The translations under genes and the position numbers were made by a program. Positions 13,007 through 25,300 of a stretch of DNA of 64,000 nt are shown here, piece after piece; the first letter of the stretch is position 1; each line of letters starts with the position of its first letter. The notes under the pieces are model-generated. The model saw only the letters and a program-made list of their open reading frames with translations. It searched no databases and was not told the origin of the DNA. The DNA comes from Ranitomeya imitator. Its lineage: Eukaryota. The stretch is taken from positions 605,926,001 to 605,990,000 of the forward strand of contig NC_091282.1 of assembly GCF_032444005.1 (NCBI RefSeq), in the 5' to 3' direction.

Positions 13007-13230
13007 GGGCAGCATGGTGGAAAGGACAACATCTGCAAAGAGTTTGTATGTTCTCTCCGTGTTTGCGTGGGTTTCCTCCGGGTTCTCCGGTTTCTTCCCA
13101 CATTCCAAAGACATACTTATAAGGAATTTAGATTGTGAGCCCCATCGGGGACAGCGATGATAATGTGTGCAAACTGTAAAGAACTGTGGAATATGTTAAC
13201 GCTACATAAAATTAAAGATTATTATTATTA
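13007..13230 (+). mobile_element. tRNA-derived V-domain-type SINE with internal deletion in the head
   Basis: Starts GGGCAGCATGGTGG, contains GTGTTTGCGTGGGTTTCCTCCG, ends in (TTA)n; removal restores Penelope DDL-IIRP. Confidence 0.75.
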
Positions 13231-13492
13231 GATCATCATTGTTTTTCAGGTCTCTCAAAGCTTTTCTTTCTGCTTTGGATAAATTGTCACAGTATACCGT
13301 AAGTTGCTAGTCTGTGTATCTTTTTTTAATTCCACCAACTCCTTCTCTACTAGATCTTGAAACTGATCCAAGACTGATGGTCTCAATGGAACTGGATAGA
13401 AAAAATGGAATTCCAGTACTGAATTGATCATTCAAGCTAGTATTAGCTTCCAATGACTCGGCCTCCAGAAGTTTTAATTGTAATAGTGTCAC

Positions 13493-14445
13493 TGTCAAAG
13501 CAGTGACAGGATCCATAATGGATCAAAAAATGGTTTTGGCCAGAGTTAATGTCACGGCTAGGCTTGAGCGAAACGGATCGAACAAATTCAAAAGTTGCCG
13601 ACTTTTAGCAAAGTCGGGTTTCATGAAACCCGACCCGATCCTAGTGTGGGATCGGCCATGCGGTCGGCGATCTTCGCGCCAAAGTCGCGTTTCGTATGAC
13701 GCGTTTGGCGCCATTTTATCAGCCAAAGAAGGAGCGTGGGCAAAGTGATGACATAGGTCTTAGGGGCGTGCACGCCTATCGCCATCTTCTCGCTTGTGCG
13801 CTGTAGCGATTTGCAATGTGTAACACCAGCTTTTCTGGAGAGAGAGAGAGAGAGATTTTTCCAATTGACTTTGCATTGGGTTTCGTGTTTCGGTCGATCC
13901 CCGACTTTTCGCGATAATCGGCCGATTTCACTCGACTCGACTTTTGAGATAGTCGGGTTTCGCGAAACCGACTCGACCCTAAAAAAGTTAAAGTCGCTCA
14001 ACCCTAGTCACGACTCTTGTCGGGTGTCCCGGGACCAGGGGCTCCTTCCCTGTCCCTACCACTAGGGGCTCCCTAGCTTGCCCTGTTCCCCGGATTATCT
14101 CTGATGGTGAAGATGCAAGGGCCACGTCCCTTGACTTATCTCCTGAATACGCCCTCAGTCTGTGCCCTTCCCCCACCCAGGGAAGAGGGGAGTAGTAGTG
14201 TACCGTACTACACCAACCAGACTAACAAGGTAATATGAACATTGATAAAGGAAAATACCAATCATACAACTATACTCACACATGCAACAGAGGAATGCAC
14301 TGGTGAGTGGAGGATGGGGTTAAACCAAAGGAGAAGAAAGGGAATTATCACACACTCAAAACCTAGCAACAGTCACAGATAAATCCACCAAACAGCTTCT
14401 CCAATAACAACCAACAACAACTTCCAGCCATGCAGCTTAAGCATT
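13493..14445 (+). repeat. LTR-like repeat copy A (3'-truncated), inverted relative to copy B
   Basis: Begins TGTCAAAGCAGT; aligns by eye, with many substitutions, to the reverse complement of ~14780-15101 plus 20940-21060. Confidence 0.55.
13559..14006. mobile_element. hAT-type MITE (448 bp)
   Basis: TIR TAGGSTTGAGCG; 8-bp TSD GTCACGGC / GTCACGAC (one mismatch). Confidence 0.85.
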
Positions 14446-15101
14446 TTGCCAATAAAGAACAGGTGATATCCTCTATAGACTCCACTGAAATTGGCATCAT
14501 AGAAGGAAATACAATCAAATCTTTTCTGGAACAGTGGACAGTATTTGCCACGGGTTACCATGACAGTGGAGCCAGAGACCCGCAGCGTCAGATCGCTCCT
14601 ACTCCTGCACTGATTTGAAACACTTCACCTTCATATGTGTAAATTTCTTTCGGCAGTGCAGGGGTTAATTGGCCATGTTGAGAACTCCTGGAGCTAAGGC
14701 TCTCAGCAGAGCATGGTTCGCCACTCCTATCTCCAATATAATCTGGGCCCTAGCTAGCACTCATTGTCAGAGCACTTAATGCTGCATGGCTGGGAAGATA
14801 GGCATTAGTGGATATAAGAGTATGCGTTTGGTGGATTTATCTGTGACTATTGCTAGGTTTTGAATGTGTCTCTTTCTTCTCGGTTTAACCCTATCCTTCA
14901 CTCCCCAATGCATTCCTTTGTTATGTGTGAGTGTATTTGTATAATTGGTATTTTCCGTTATCCCTGTTCGTATTGCCTTGTTAGTCTGATTGGTGTACTA
15001 CGGTGCACAACTACTCCCCTCTTCCCTGGGTGGGGCAAAGTATGTGGCCCCGGCGTCTTCACCATCAGAAGTAACCCAGGGAACAGGGCAAGCTAGGGCA
15101 C

Positions 15102-18100
15102 TGTTGTGAATTCTGTGGTCAAGCTCCCTCCTGTGGTCATGAGTGGTACTTCGGCTGGTTTTGTCTATGAGCTTCCTCTGGTGGATGTGAGTGGGGCTGC
15201 GGCTTCTGAGTTTCCTTCCTCAGGTGACGAGGTTAAGTCGTTAGGTGTTGCTCTATTTAACTCCACCTAGTTCTTTGTTCCTGGCCTCCAGTCAATGTTC
15301 CAGTATTGGTCTTGCTTTCTCCTGGATCGTTCTTGTGGCCTGTCTGCCCTGCATAAGCTAAGTTTTGCTTGTGTTTCTTTTATTTGCTATATTTTCTGTC
15401 CAGCTTGCTATATTGGTTTTTCTTGCTTGCTGGAAGCTCTGAGACGCAGAGGGAGCACCTCCGTACCGTTAGTCGGTGCGGAGGGTCTTTTTGCCCCCTC
15501 TGCGTGGTTGTTTATAGGTTTTTGTGCTGACCGCAAAGCTATCTTTCCTATCCTCGGTCTATTCAGTAAGTCGGGCCTCACTTTGCTAAAATCTATTTCA
15601 TCTCTGTGTTTGTGTTTTCATCTTACTCACAGTCATTATATGTGGGGGGCTGCCTTTTCCTTTGGGGAATTTCTCTGAGGCAAGGTAGGCTTATTTTTCT
15701 ATCTTCAGGGCTAGCTAGTTTCTCAGGCTGTGCCCGAGGAGCCTAGGTTTTTGTCAGGAGCGCTCCACGGCTACCTCTAGTGTGGTATGATAGGATTAGG
15801 GATTGCGATCAGCAGAGTTCCCACGTCTCAGAGCTTGTCCTATGTTTGTAACTATCAGGTCACTTTGTGTGCTCTTAACCAATAGGTCCATTGTGGTTCT
15901 GAATCACCTGTTCATAACAGTACTGGAGGCCCAAAGTACTAATGCTTCTCAATAGAGGGAAAAGAGAAGTTCTGAGACCATTTTTTTTTCTCTGTACTGT
16001 GTTTTGTCTTTCTTTTCCCCTAGACATTTGGGTGGTTCAGGACACAGGTGTAGTGATGGACATTAAAGGTCTGTCTTCTTGTATGGATCATCTCACTGCA
16101 AAAGTACAAAATATTCAAGACTTTGTAGTTCAGAATTCTATGTTAGAACCAAGAATTCCTATTCCTGATTTGTTTTCTGGAGATAGAGCTAAGTTTCTGA
16201 GTTTTAAGAATAATTGTAAACTGTTTCTGGCTTTGAAACCCCGCTCCTCTGGTGACCCAGTTCAACAAGTTAAGATCATTATTTCTTTATTACGTGGCGA
16301 CCCTCAAGACTGGGCATTTTCCCTTGCGCCAGGAGATCCTGCATTATGTGATATTGATGCATTTTTTCTGGCGCTCGGATTGCTGTATGATGAACCTAAT
16401 TCAGTGGATCAGGCAGAGAAAAATTTGCTGGCTCTGTGTCAGGGTCAGGATGAGGTAGAGATATATTGTCAGAAGTTTAGGAAGTGGTCTGTGCTCACTC
16501 AATGGAATGAATGTGCGCTGGCAGCAACTTTCAGAAAAGGTCTCTCTGAAGCCCTTAAGGATGTCATGGTGGGATTTCCTATGCCTGCTGGTCTGAATGA
16601 GTCTATGTCTTTGGCCATTCAGATCGGTCGACGCTTGCGTGAGCGTAAAACTGTGCACCATTTGGCGGTATTATCTGAGCATGGACCTGAGCCTATGCAG
16701 TGCGATAGGACTTTGACCAGAGCTGAACGGCAAGAACACAGACGTCAGAATGGGCTGTGTTTTTACTGTGGTGATTCCACTCATGCTATCTCCGATTGTC
16801 CTAAGCGCACTAAGCGGTTCGCTAGGTCTGCCACCATTGGTACGGTACAGTCGAAATTTCTTTTGTCCGTTACTTTGATCTGCTCTTTGTCATCCTATTC
16901 TGTCATGGCATTTGTGGATTCAGGCGCTGCCCTGAATTTGATGGACTTGGAGTATGCTAGGCGCTGTGGGTTTTTCTTGGAGCCCTTGCAGTATCCTATT
17001 CCATTGAGAGGAATTGATGCTACGCCTTTGGCCAAGAATAAGCCTCAGTACTGGACCCAGCTGACCATGTGCATGGCTCCTGCGCATCAGGAGGATATTC
17101 GCTTTTTGGTGTTGCATAATCTGCATGATGTGGTCGTGTTGGGGTTGCCATGGCTACAAGTCCATAACCCAGTTTTGGATTGGAAATCAATGTCTATGTC
17201 CAGCTGGGGTTGTCAGGGGGTACATGGTATGTTCCATTTCTGTCTATTTCATCATCCACCCCTTCTGAGGTCCCAGAGTTCTTGTCGGATTACCGGGATG
17301 TATTTGATGAGCCCAAGTCCAGTGCCCTACCTCCGCATAGGGATTGTGATTGTGCTATCGATTTGATTCCTGGTAGTAAGTTTCCTAAAGGTCGACTGTT
17401 TAATTTGTCTGTGCCTGAGCACGCCGCTATGCGGAGTTACGTAAAGGAATCCTTGGAGAAGGGTCATATTCGCCCGTCGTCGTCGCCATTGGGAGCAGGG
17501 TTCTTTTTTGTGGCCAAGAAGGATGGTTCGCTGAGACCTTGTATTGATTACCGCCTTCTAAATAAAATCACGGTCAAATTTCAGTACCCCTTGCCGCTGC
17601 TGTCTGATCTGTTTGCTCGGATTAAGGGGGCTAGTTGGTTCACCAAGATAGATCTTCGTGGTGCGTATAATCTTGTGCGTATTAAACAAGGCGATGAATG
17701 GAAAACAGCATTTAATACGCCCGAGGGCCATTTTGAGTACCTGGTTATGCCATTCGGGCTTTCTAATGCTCCATCAGTGTTTCAGTCCTTTATGCATGAC
17801 ATCTTCCGAGAGTACCTGGATAAATTCCTGATTGTATACTTGGATGATATTTTGGTCTTCTCGGATGATTGGGAGTCTCACGTGAAGCAGGTCAGAATGG
17901 TGTTCCAGGTCCTGCGTGCAAATTCTTTGTTTGTGAAGGGGTCAAAGTGTCTCTTTGGTGTTCAGAAGGTTTCATTTTTGGGTTTCATTTTTTCCCCTTC
18001 TACTATCGAGATGGACCCTGTTAAAGTTCAGGCCATTTATGATTGGACTCAGCCGACATCTCTGAAGAGTCTGCAAAAGTTCCTGAGCTTTGCTAATTTT

Positions 18101-20933
18101 TATCGTCGCTTCATCAATAATTTTTCTAGTATTGCTAAACCGTTGACTGATTTAACCAAGAAGGGTGCTGATGTGGTCAATTGGTCTTCTGCTGCTGTGG
18201 AAGCTTTTCAAGAGTTGAAGCGTCGTTTTTCTTCTGCCCCTGTGTTGTGCCAACCAGATGTTTCGCTCCCGTTCCAGGTCGAGGTTGATGCTTCTGAGAT
18301 TGGAGCAGGGGCTGTTTTGTCGCAAAGAAGTTCTGATGGCTCGGTGATGAAACCATGCGCCTTCTTTTCCAGGAAGTTTTCGCCTGCTGAGCGCAATTAT
18401 GATGTTGGCAATCGAGAATTGCTGGCCATGAAGTGGGCATTCAAGGAGTGGCGTCATTGGCTTGAAGGAGCTAAGCATCGCGTGGTGGTCTTGACTGATC
18501 ACAAGAACTTGACTTATCTCGAGTCTGCCAAACGGTTGAATCCTAGACAGGCTCGTTGGTCGCTGTTTTTCTCCCGTTTTGACTTTGTGGTTTCGTACCT
18601 TCCGGGCTCTAAAAATGTGAAGGCGGATGCCCTGTCTAGGAGTTTTGTGCCCGACGCTCCGGGTTTGTCTGAGCCGGCGGGTATTCTCAAAGAGGGGGTA
18701 ATTTTGTCTGCCATCTCCCCTGATTTGCGGCGGGTGCTGCAAAAATTTCAGGCTAATAGACCTGACCGTTGCCCAGCGGAGAAACTGTTTGTCCCTGATA
18801 AATGGACGAGTAGAGTTATCTCTGAGGTTCATTGTTCGGTGTTGGCTGGTCATCCTGGAATCTTTGGTACCAGAGATTTGGTGGCTAGATCCTTTTGGTG
18901 GCCGTCTCTGTCGCGGGATGTGCGTTCGTTTGTGCAGTCCTTTGGGATTTGTGCTCGGGCTAAGCCCTGCTGTTCTCGTGCCAGTGGGTTGCTTTTGCCC
19001 TTGCCAGTCCCGAAGAGGCCCTGGACACATATCTCTATGGATTTTATTTCGGATCTCCCCGTCTCTCAAAAAATGACGGTCATTTGGGTTGTTTGTGATC
19101 GCTTCTTTAAGATGGTCCATTTGGTACCCTTGTCTAAATTGCCTTCCTCCTCTGATTTGGTGCCATTGTTCTTCCAGCATGTGGTTCGTTTACATGGCAT
19201 TCCGGAGAACATCGTTTCTGACAGAGGTTCCCAGTTTGTTTTGAGGTTTTGGCGAGCCATTTGTGCTAGGATGGGCATTGATTTGTCTTTTTCCTCGGCT
19301 TTCCATCCTCAGACAAATGGCCAGACTGAACGAACCAATCAGACCTTGGAAACATATCTGAGATGTTTTGTTTCTGCCGATCAGGATGATTGGGTGTCCT
19401 TTTTGCCCTTGGCTGAGTTCGCCCTTAATAATCGGGCCAGCTCGGCTACTTTGGTTTCGCCGTTTTTCTGCAATTCTGGTTTCCATCCTCGTTTCTCTTC
19501 AGGGCAGGTTGAGTCTTCTGACTGTCCTGGTGTGGATACTGTGGTGGATAGGTTGCAGCAGATTTGGACTCATGTGGTGGACAATTTGACATTGTCTCAG
19601 GAGAAGGCTCAACGTTTCGCTAACCGCAGGCGCTGTGTGGGTCCCCGACTTCGTGTTGGGGATTTGGTTTGGTTGTCATCTCGTTATATTCCTATGAAAG
19701 TTTCCTCTCCTAAGTTTAAGCCTCGTTTCATTGGTCCGTATAGGATTTCTGAGGTTCTTAATCCTGTGTCTTTTCGTTTGACCCTTCCAGCTTCTTTTTC
19801 CATCCATAACGTATTCCATAGGTCATTGTTGCGGAGATACGTGGCACCTGTGGTTCCATCCGTTGATCCTCCTGCCCCTGTTTTGGTTGAGGGGGAGTTG
19901 GAGTATATAGTGGAGAAGATTTTGGATTCTCGTATTTCGAGACGGAAACTCCAGTACCTGGTCAAGTGGAAGGGTTATGGTCAGGAAGATAATGCCTGGG
20001 TTTTTGCCTCTGATGTTCATGCTGCCGATCTGGTTCGTGCCTTTCATTTGGCTCATCCTGGTCGGCCTGGGGGCTCTGGTGAGGGTTCGGTGACCCCTCC
20101 TCAAGGGGGGGGTACTGTTGTGAATTCTGTGGTCAAGCTCCCTCCTGTGGTCATGAGTGGTACTTCGGCTGGTTCTGTCTATGAGCTTCCTCTGGTGGAT
20201 GTGAGTGGGGCTGCGGCTTCTGAGTTTCCTTCCTCAGGTGACGAGGTTAAGTCGTTAGGTGTTGCTCTATTTAACTCCACCTAGTTCTTTGTTCCTGGCC
20301 TCCAGTCAATGTTCCAGTATTGGTCTTGCTTTCTCCTGGATCGTTCTTGTGGCCTGTCTGCCCTGCATAAGCTAAGTTTTGCTTGTGTTTCTTTTATTTG
20401 CTATATTTTCTGTCCAGCTTGCTATATTGGTTTTTCTTGCTTGCTGGAAGCTCTGAGACGCAGAGGGAGCACCTCCGTACCGTTAGTCGGTGCGGAGGGT
20501 CTTTTTGCCCCCTCTGCGTGGTTGTTTATAGGTTTTTGTGCTGACCGCAAAGCTATCTTTCCTATCCTCGGTCTATTCAGTAAGTCGGGCCTCACTTTGC
20601 TAAAATCTATTTCATCTCTGTGTTTGTGTTTTCATCTTACTCACAGTCATTATATGTGGGGGGCTGCCTTTTCCTTTGGGGAATTTCTCTGAGGCAAGGT
20701 AGGCTTATTTTTCTATCTTCAGGGCTAGCTAGTTTCTCAGGCTGTGCCCGAGGCGCCTAGGTTTTTGTCAGGAGCGCTCCATGGCTACCTCTAGTGTGGT
20801 ATGATAGGATTAGGGATTGCGGTCAGCAGAGTTCCCACGTCTCAGAGCTCGTCCTATGTTTGTAACTATCAGGTCACTTTGTGTGCTCTTAACCACTAGG
20901 TCCATTGTGGTTCTGAATCACCTGTTCATAACA
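15102..20933 (+). mobile_element. Gypsy-2: chromodomain Ty3/Gypsy (Tf1/sushi group), full length 5832 bp
   Basis: 818-bp LTRs 15102-15919 and 20116-20933 with ~6 differences by eye; PPT at ~20104-20112; 6-bp TSD GGGCAC at 15096-15101 and 20934-20939. Confidence 0.97.
15942..20284 (+). pseudogene. Gypsy-2 gag-pol with a single 1-bp deletion at ~17228
   Basis: ORFs 15942-17366 and 17180-20284 join if one G is restored (CATGGTATG here vs CATGGTGATG in Gypsy-1 and Gypsy-3); all domains present (CCHC, PR, RT, RH, IN, chromodomain). Confidence 0.92.
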
Positions 20934-21239
20934 GGGCACCACCTAGCGTTAGGGGACAGAGAAGGAGACCCTGGTCCCACTCACCCGGGCAACAGAGTGG
21001 TGACATTGTCTCTGACTGAAAGTTTTTTCATCCATTATAGATCCTATTACTGCTCTGACAGGGCAACTGCAGCAACTCAGCCTGAAGGTGGCAGAGCTAT
21101 GCACTGTTGTTTTGTGATGTGTTTGCACCCTCCCGGCCAGCAGACTGTGATCATGACCCCTTTGTGACGTGTTTGTCCCCTCCCGGTCGGAAGACGGTGA
21201 CAGGACCATGAGATGTGCGGCAAAAAGCAGATCCCCCAT

Positions 21240-22046
21240 GTGAAGGGGTCATGCGGCAGGTCCGTCACGTGCGGGGGTCACACAGCAGGACCCCCACGTG
21301 CGGAGATCACACGGCAGGTTCACCACGGGCGGGGGTCACACGGCAGGTCCGCCACAGGCGGGGTTCACACTGCAGGTCCGCCACGGGCGGGGGCCACATG
21401 GCAGGTACACCACAGGCGAGGGTCACACAGCAGGTCCGCCATGGGCGGGGGTCACACGGCAGGTCCGTCACATGGGGGGTCACACAGCAGGACCGCCACA
21501 GGCAGGGGTACACGGCAGGTCCGTCACGTGGGGGGTCACACAGCAGGACCGCCACGGGCAAGGGTACACGGCAGGTACGCCACGGGCGGGGGTCACACGG
21601 CAGGTCCGCCATGGGCGGGGGTCACACGGCAGGTCCGTCACGTGGGGGGTCACACAGCAGGACCGCCACGGGCAGGGGTATACGGCAGGTACGCCACGGG
21701 CGGGGGTCACACGGCAGGTCCGCCATGGGCGGGGGTCACACGGCAGGTCTGTCACGTGGGGGAGTCACACAGCAGGATCGCCATGTGCAGGGATCACACG
21801 GCAGATCTGCCACGGGCGGAGGTCACACGGCAAGTCCGCCACGAGCGGGGGTCACATGGCAGGTACGCCACGGGTGGGGGTCACACGGCAGGACCGCCAC
21901 GTGCGGGGATCACACAGCAGGTCCGTCACGGGCGGGGATCACACGGCAGGTACGCCACGGGCGGGGGTCACACGGCAGGTACGCCACGGGCGGGGGTCAC
22001 ACGGCAGGTACGCCACAGGCGGGGGTCACATGGCAGGTCCGCCATG
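21240..22046. repeat. GC-rich ~29-bp minisatellite (CACGGGCGGGGGTCACACGGCAGGTCCGC)
   Basis: Direct inspection; diverged tandem units just upstream of the DPM3 promoter motifs. Confidence 0.9.
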
Positions 22047-22272
22047 TGCATAAGACGCATAAAAAAGCAGTAAAACGCCATGTGTGAACATTCCGTTGTT
22101 ATTTCTCACTAGTTTGCCCTGTGGCTCTGGTTTTGAGTAAGAACCGATGTTGTTGTGACACAATCGCACAGGAGTTCTGGTATTTGTCGTTCTACACAGG
22201 ACGCTCGGCACAACACGCAGGCACACGGTTCATGTGACTTATTGGGCTTCACCCTGCAAATATCAAGAAAAA

Positions 22273-22398
22273 ACTACATCTCCCACAGTTCACGGCAGCC
22301 CCGCCTACAGCGAGCCACCTGACTGGCCCTACCCGGAAGTTGAGAGAAGACTGCATCTTCCCGGTAACCGACATGTCTGGTGACGGGAAACCGGAAAT
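22273..22398 (+). promoter_or_regulatory. DPM3: Probable DPM3 promoter and non-coding exon 1
   Basis: ACTACATCTCCCA (ZNF143/THAP11-type motif) 22273-22285; ETS sites CCGGAAGT 22333-40 and CCGGAAAT 22391-98; candidate donor CCG|GTAACC at 22364. Assignment is inferred from motifs and from the known 5'-UTR intron of DPM3. Confidence 0.6.
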
Positions 22399-25300
22399 GT
22401 GTGATTACAGGGGGCTCCGCCGGTTATAGTGTACGGGGGGTGTAATGTGTGTGATTACAGGGGGCTCCGCCGATTATAGTGTACGGGGGTTGTAATGTGT
22501 GTGATTACAGGGGGCTCCGCCGGTTATAGTGTGCGGGGGGTGTAATGTGTGTGATTACAGGGGGCTCCGCCGATTATAGTGTACGGGGGTTGTAATGTGT
22601 GTGATTACAGGGGGCTCCGCCGATTATAGTGTACGGGGGTTGTAATGTGTGTGATTACAGGGGGCTCCGCCGGTTATAGTGTGCGGGGGGTGTAATGTGT
22701 GTGATTACAGGGGGCTCCGCCGATTATAGTGTGCGGGGGGTGTAATGTGTGTGATTACAGGGGGCTCCGCCGATTATAGTGTGCGGGGGGTGTAATGTGT
22801 GTGATTACAGGGGGCTCCGCCGGTTATAGTGTACGGGGGGTGTAATGTGTGTGATTACAGGGGGCTCCGCCGATTATAGTGTGCGGGGGGTGTAATGTGT
22901 GTGATTACAGGGGGCTCCGCCGATTATAGTGTGCGGGGGGTGTAATGTGTGTGATTACAGGGGGCTCCGCCGGTTATAGTGTACGGGGGGTGTAATGTGT
23001 GTGATTACAGGGGGCTCCGCCGATTATAGTGTGCGGGGGGTGTAATGTGTGTGATTACAGGGGGCTCCGCCGATTATAGTGTACGGGGGGTGTAATGTGT
23101 GTGATTACAGGGGGCTCCGCCGGTTATAGTGTACGGGGGGTGTAATGTGTGTGATTACAGGGGGCTCCGCCGATTATAGTGTACGGGGGGTGTAATGTGT
23201 GTGATTACAGGGGGCTCCGCCGATTATAGTGTACGGGGGGTGTAATGTGTGTGATTACAGGGGGCTCTGCCGATTATTGTGTACGGGGGGTGTAATGTGT
23301 GTGATTACAGGGGGCTCCGCCGATTATTGTGTACGGGGGGTGTAATGTGTGTGATTACAGGGGGCTCCGCCGATTATACTGTACGGGGGGTGTAATGTGT
23401 GTGATTACAGGGGGCTCCGCCGATTATACTGTACGGGGGGTGTAATGTGTGTGATTACAGGGGGCTCTGCCGATTATAGTGTACGGGGGGTGTAATGTGT
23501 GTGATTACAGGGGGCTCTGCCGATTATTGTGTACGGGGGGTGTAATGTGTGTGATTACAGGGGGCTCTGCCGATTATTGTGTACGGGGGGTGTAATGTGT
23601 GTGATTACAGGGGGCTCTGCCGATTATACTGTACGGGGGGTGTAATGTGTGTGATTACAGGAGGCTCTGCCGATTATAGTGTACGGGGGGTGTAATGTGT
23701 GTGATTACAGGGCGCTCTGCCGATTATTGTGTATGGGGGGTGTAATGTGTGTGATTACAGGGGGCTCCGCCGATTATACTGTACGGGGGGTGTAATGTGT
23801 GTGATTACAGGGGGCTCCGCCGATTATTGTGTACGGGGGGTGTAATATGTGTGATTACAGGGGGCTCCGCCGATTATACTGTACGGGGGGTGTAATGTGT
23901 GTGATTACAGGGGGCTCCGCTGATTATAGTGTAGGGGGGGGCAGGGGGGTGTAATGTGTGTGATCACAGGGGGCTCTGCCGGTTATAGTGTACGGGGGGT
24001 GTAATGTGTGTGATTACAGGGGGCTCCGCTGATTATAGTGTAGGGGGGGGCGGGGGGGTGTAATGTGTGTGATTACAGGAGGCTCTGCCGATTATAGTGT
24101 ACGGGGGGTGTAATGTGTGTGATTACAGGGGGCTGTGCCGATTATTGTGTATGGGGGGTGTAATGTGTGTGATTACAGGGGGCTCCGCCGATTATACTGT
24201 ACGGGGGGTGTAATGTGTGTGATTACAGGGGGCTCCGCCGATTATTGTGTACGGGGGGTGTAATATGTGTGATTACAGGGGGCTCCGCCGATTATACTGT
24301 ACGGGGGGTGTAATGTGTGTGATTACAGGGGGCTCCGCTGATTATAGTGTAGGGGGGGCGGGGGGGGTGTAATGTGTGTGATCACAGGGGGCTCTGCCGG
24401 TTATAGTGTACGGGGGGTGTAATGTGTGTGATTACAGGGGGCTCCGCCGATTATATTGTACGGGGGGTGTAATGTGTGTGATTACAGGGGGCTCCGCCGA
24501 TTATACTGTACGGGGGGTGTAATGTGTGTGATTACAGGTGTCTCCGCTGATTATTGTGTACGGGGGGTGTAATGTGTGTGATTACAGGGGGCTCCGCCGA
24601 TTATACTGTACGGGGGGTGTATTGTGTGATTACAGGGGGCTCTGCCGATTATAGTGTACGGGGGGTGTAATGTGTGTGATTACAGGAGGCCCTGCCGATT
24701 ATAGTGTACGGGGGGTGTAATGTGTGTGATTACAGGTGGCTCCGCTGATTATTGTGTACGGGGGGTGTAATGTGTGTGATTACAGGGGGCTCCGACGATT
24801 ATACTGTACGGGGGGTGTATTGTGTGATTACAGGGGGCTCTGCTGATTATAGGGGAGGGGGGGTGTAATGTGTTGTGAATTCTGTTGTCAAGCTCCCTCC
24901 TGTGGTCATGAATGGTACTTCGGCTGGTTCTGTCCATGGGCTTCCTCTGGTGGTTGTGAGTGGAGCTGCGGCTTCTGAGTTTCTTTCTACAGGTGACGAG
25001 GTTAATTCGTTAGCTGGCTGCTTTATTTAACTCCACTTAGATCTTTGCTCCATGCCACCTGTCAATGTTCCAGTATTGGTCTAGTTCTCTCCTGGATCGT
25101 TCTTGTGACCTGTCTTCCCAGCAGAAGCTAAGTTCCTGCTTGTTTTTCTCTGGTTTGCTATTTTTCTGTCCAGCTTGCTTTTTTGATTTTTGTCTTGCTT
25201 GCTGGAAGCTCTGGGACGCAGAGGGAGCGCCTCCGCACCATGAGTCTTTTTGCGCCCTCTGCGTGGTCTTTTTGTAGGTTTTTGTGCTGACCGCAAAGTT

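Larger units (their letters stand above)
1..13492 (-). mobile_element. Degenerate Penelope-like retroelement (RT + start of GIY-YIG endonuclease), split into pieces at ~1-132, 4493-5572, 12764-13006 and 13231-13492
   Basis: Minus-strand translations across stops and frameshifts give PLE-type motifs in order: DQFQDLVEKEL and NLSKAERKALRDLKNNDDL|IIRPSVKGG (13.0-13.4 kb), HYLQPLVKDILSYIKDT...LSCDIVALY (ORF 5290-5769), LTHNHFSFDGHFILQKKGVSMGSEFSPSLAN and RYINDL (5.0-5.3 kb), YRKPTAGNSIL (4.9 kb), WLNVKGF (4.5 kb), then ISCDPTNVICLL (1-60). The frame rejoins when the nested insertions are removed. The element runs off the left edge. Confidence 0.8.
14546..21060 (-). repeat. LTR-like repeat copy B, host of Gypsy-2
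   Basis: Minus strand begins TGTCAGAGCAGT at 21060; homologous to copy A; no TSD found, left boundary uncertain. Confidence 0.5.

Noticed and set aside
18152-19180. 342-aa antisense ORF in Gypsy-2, and similar shorter ones in Gypsy-1
   Set aside because: Shadow of pol; fragmented in the sister copy; no recognisable domain.
21213-22087. 250-290-aa ORFs in three frames
   Set aside because: Translations of a GC-rich minisatellite.
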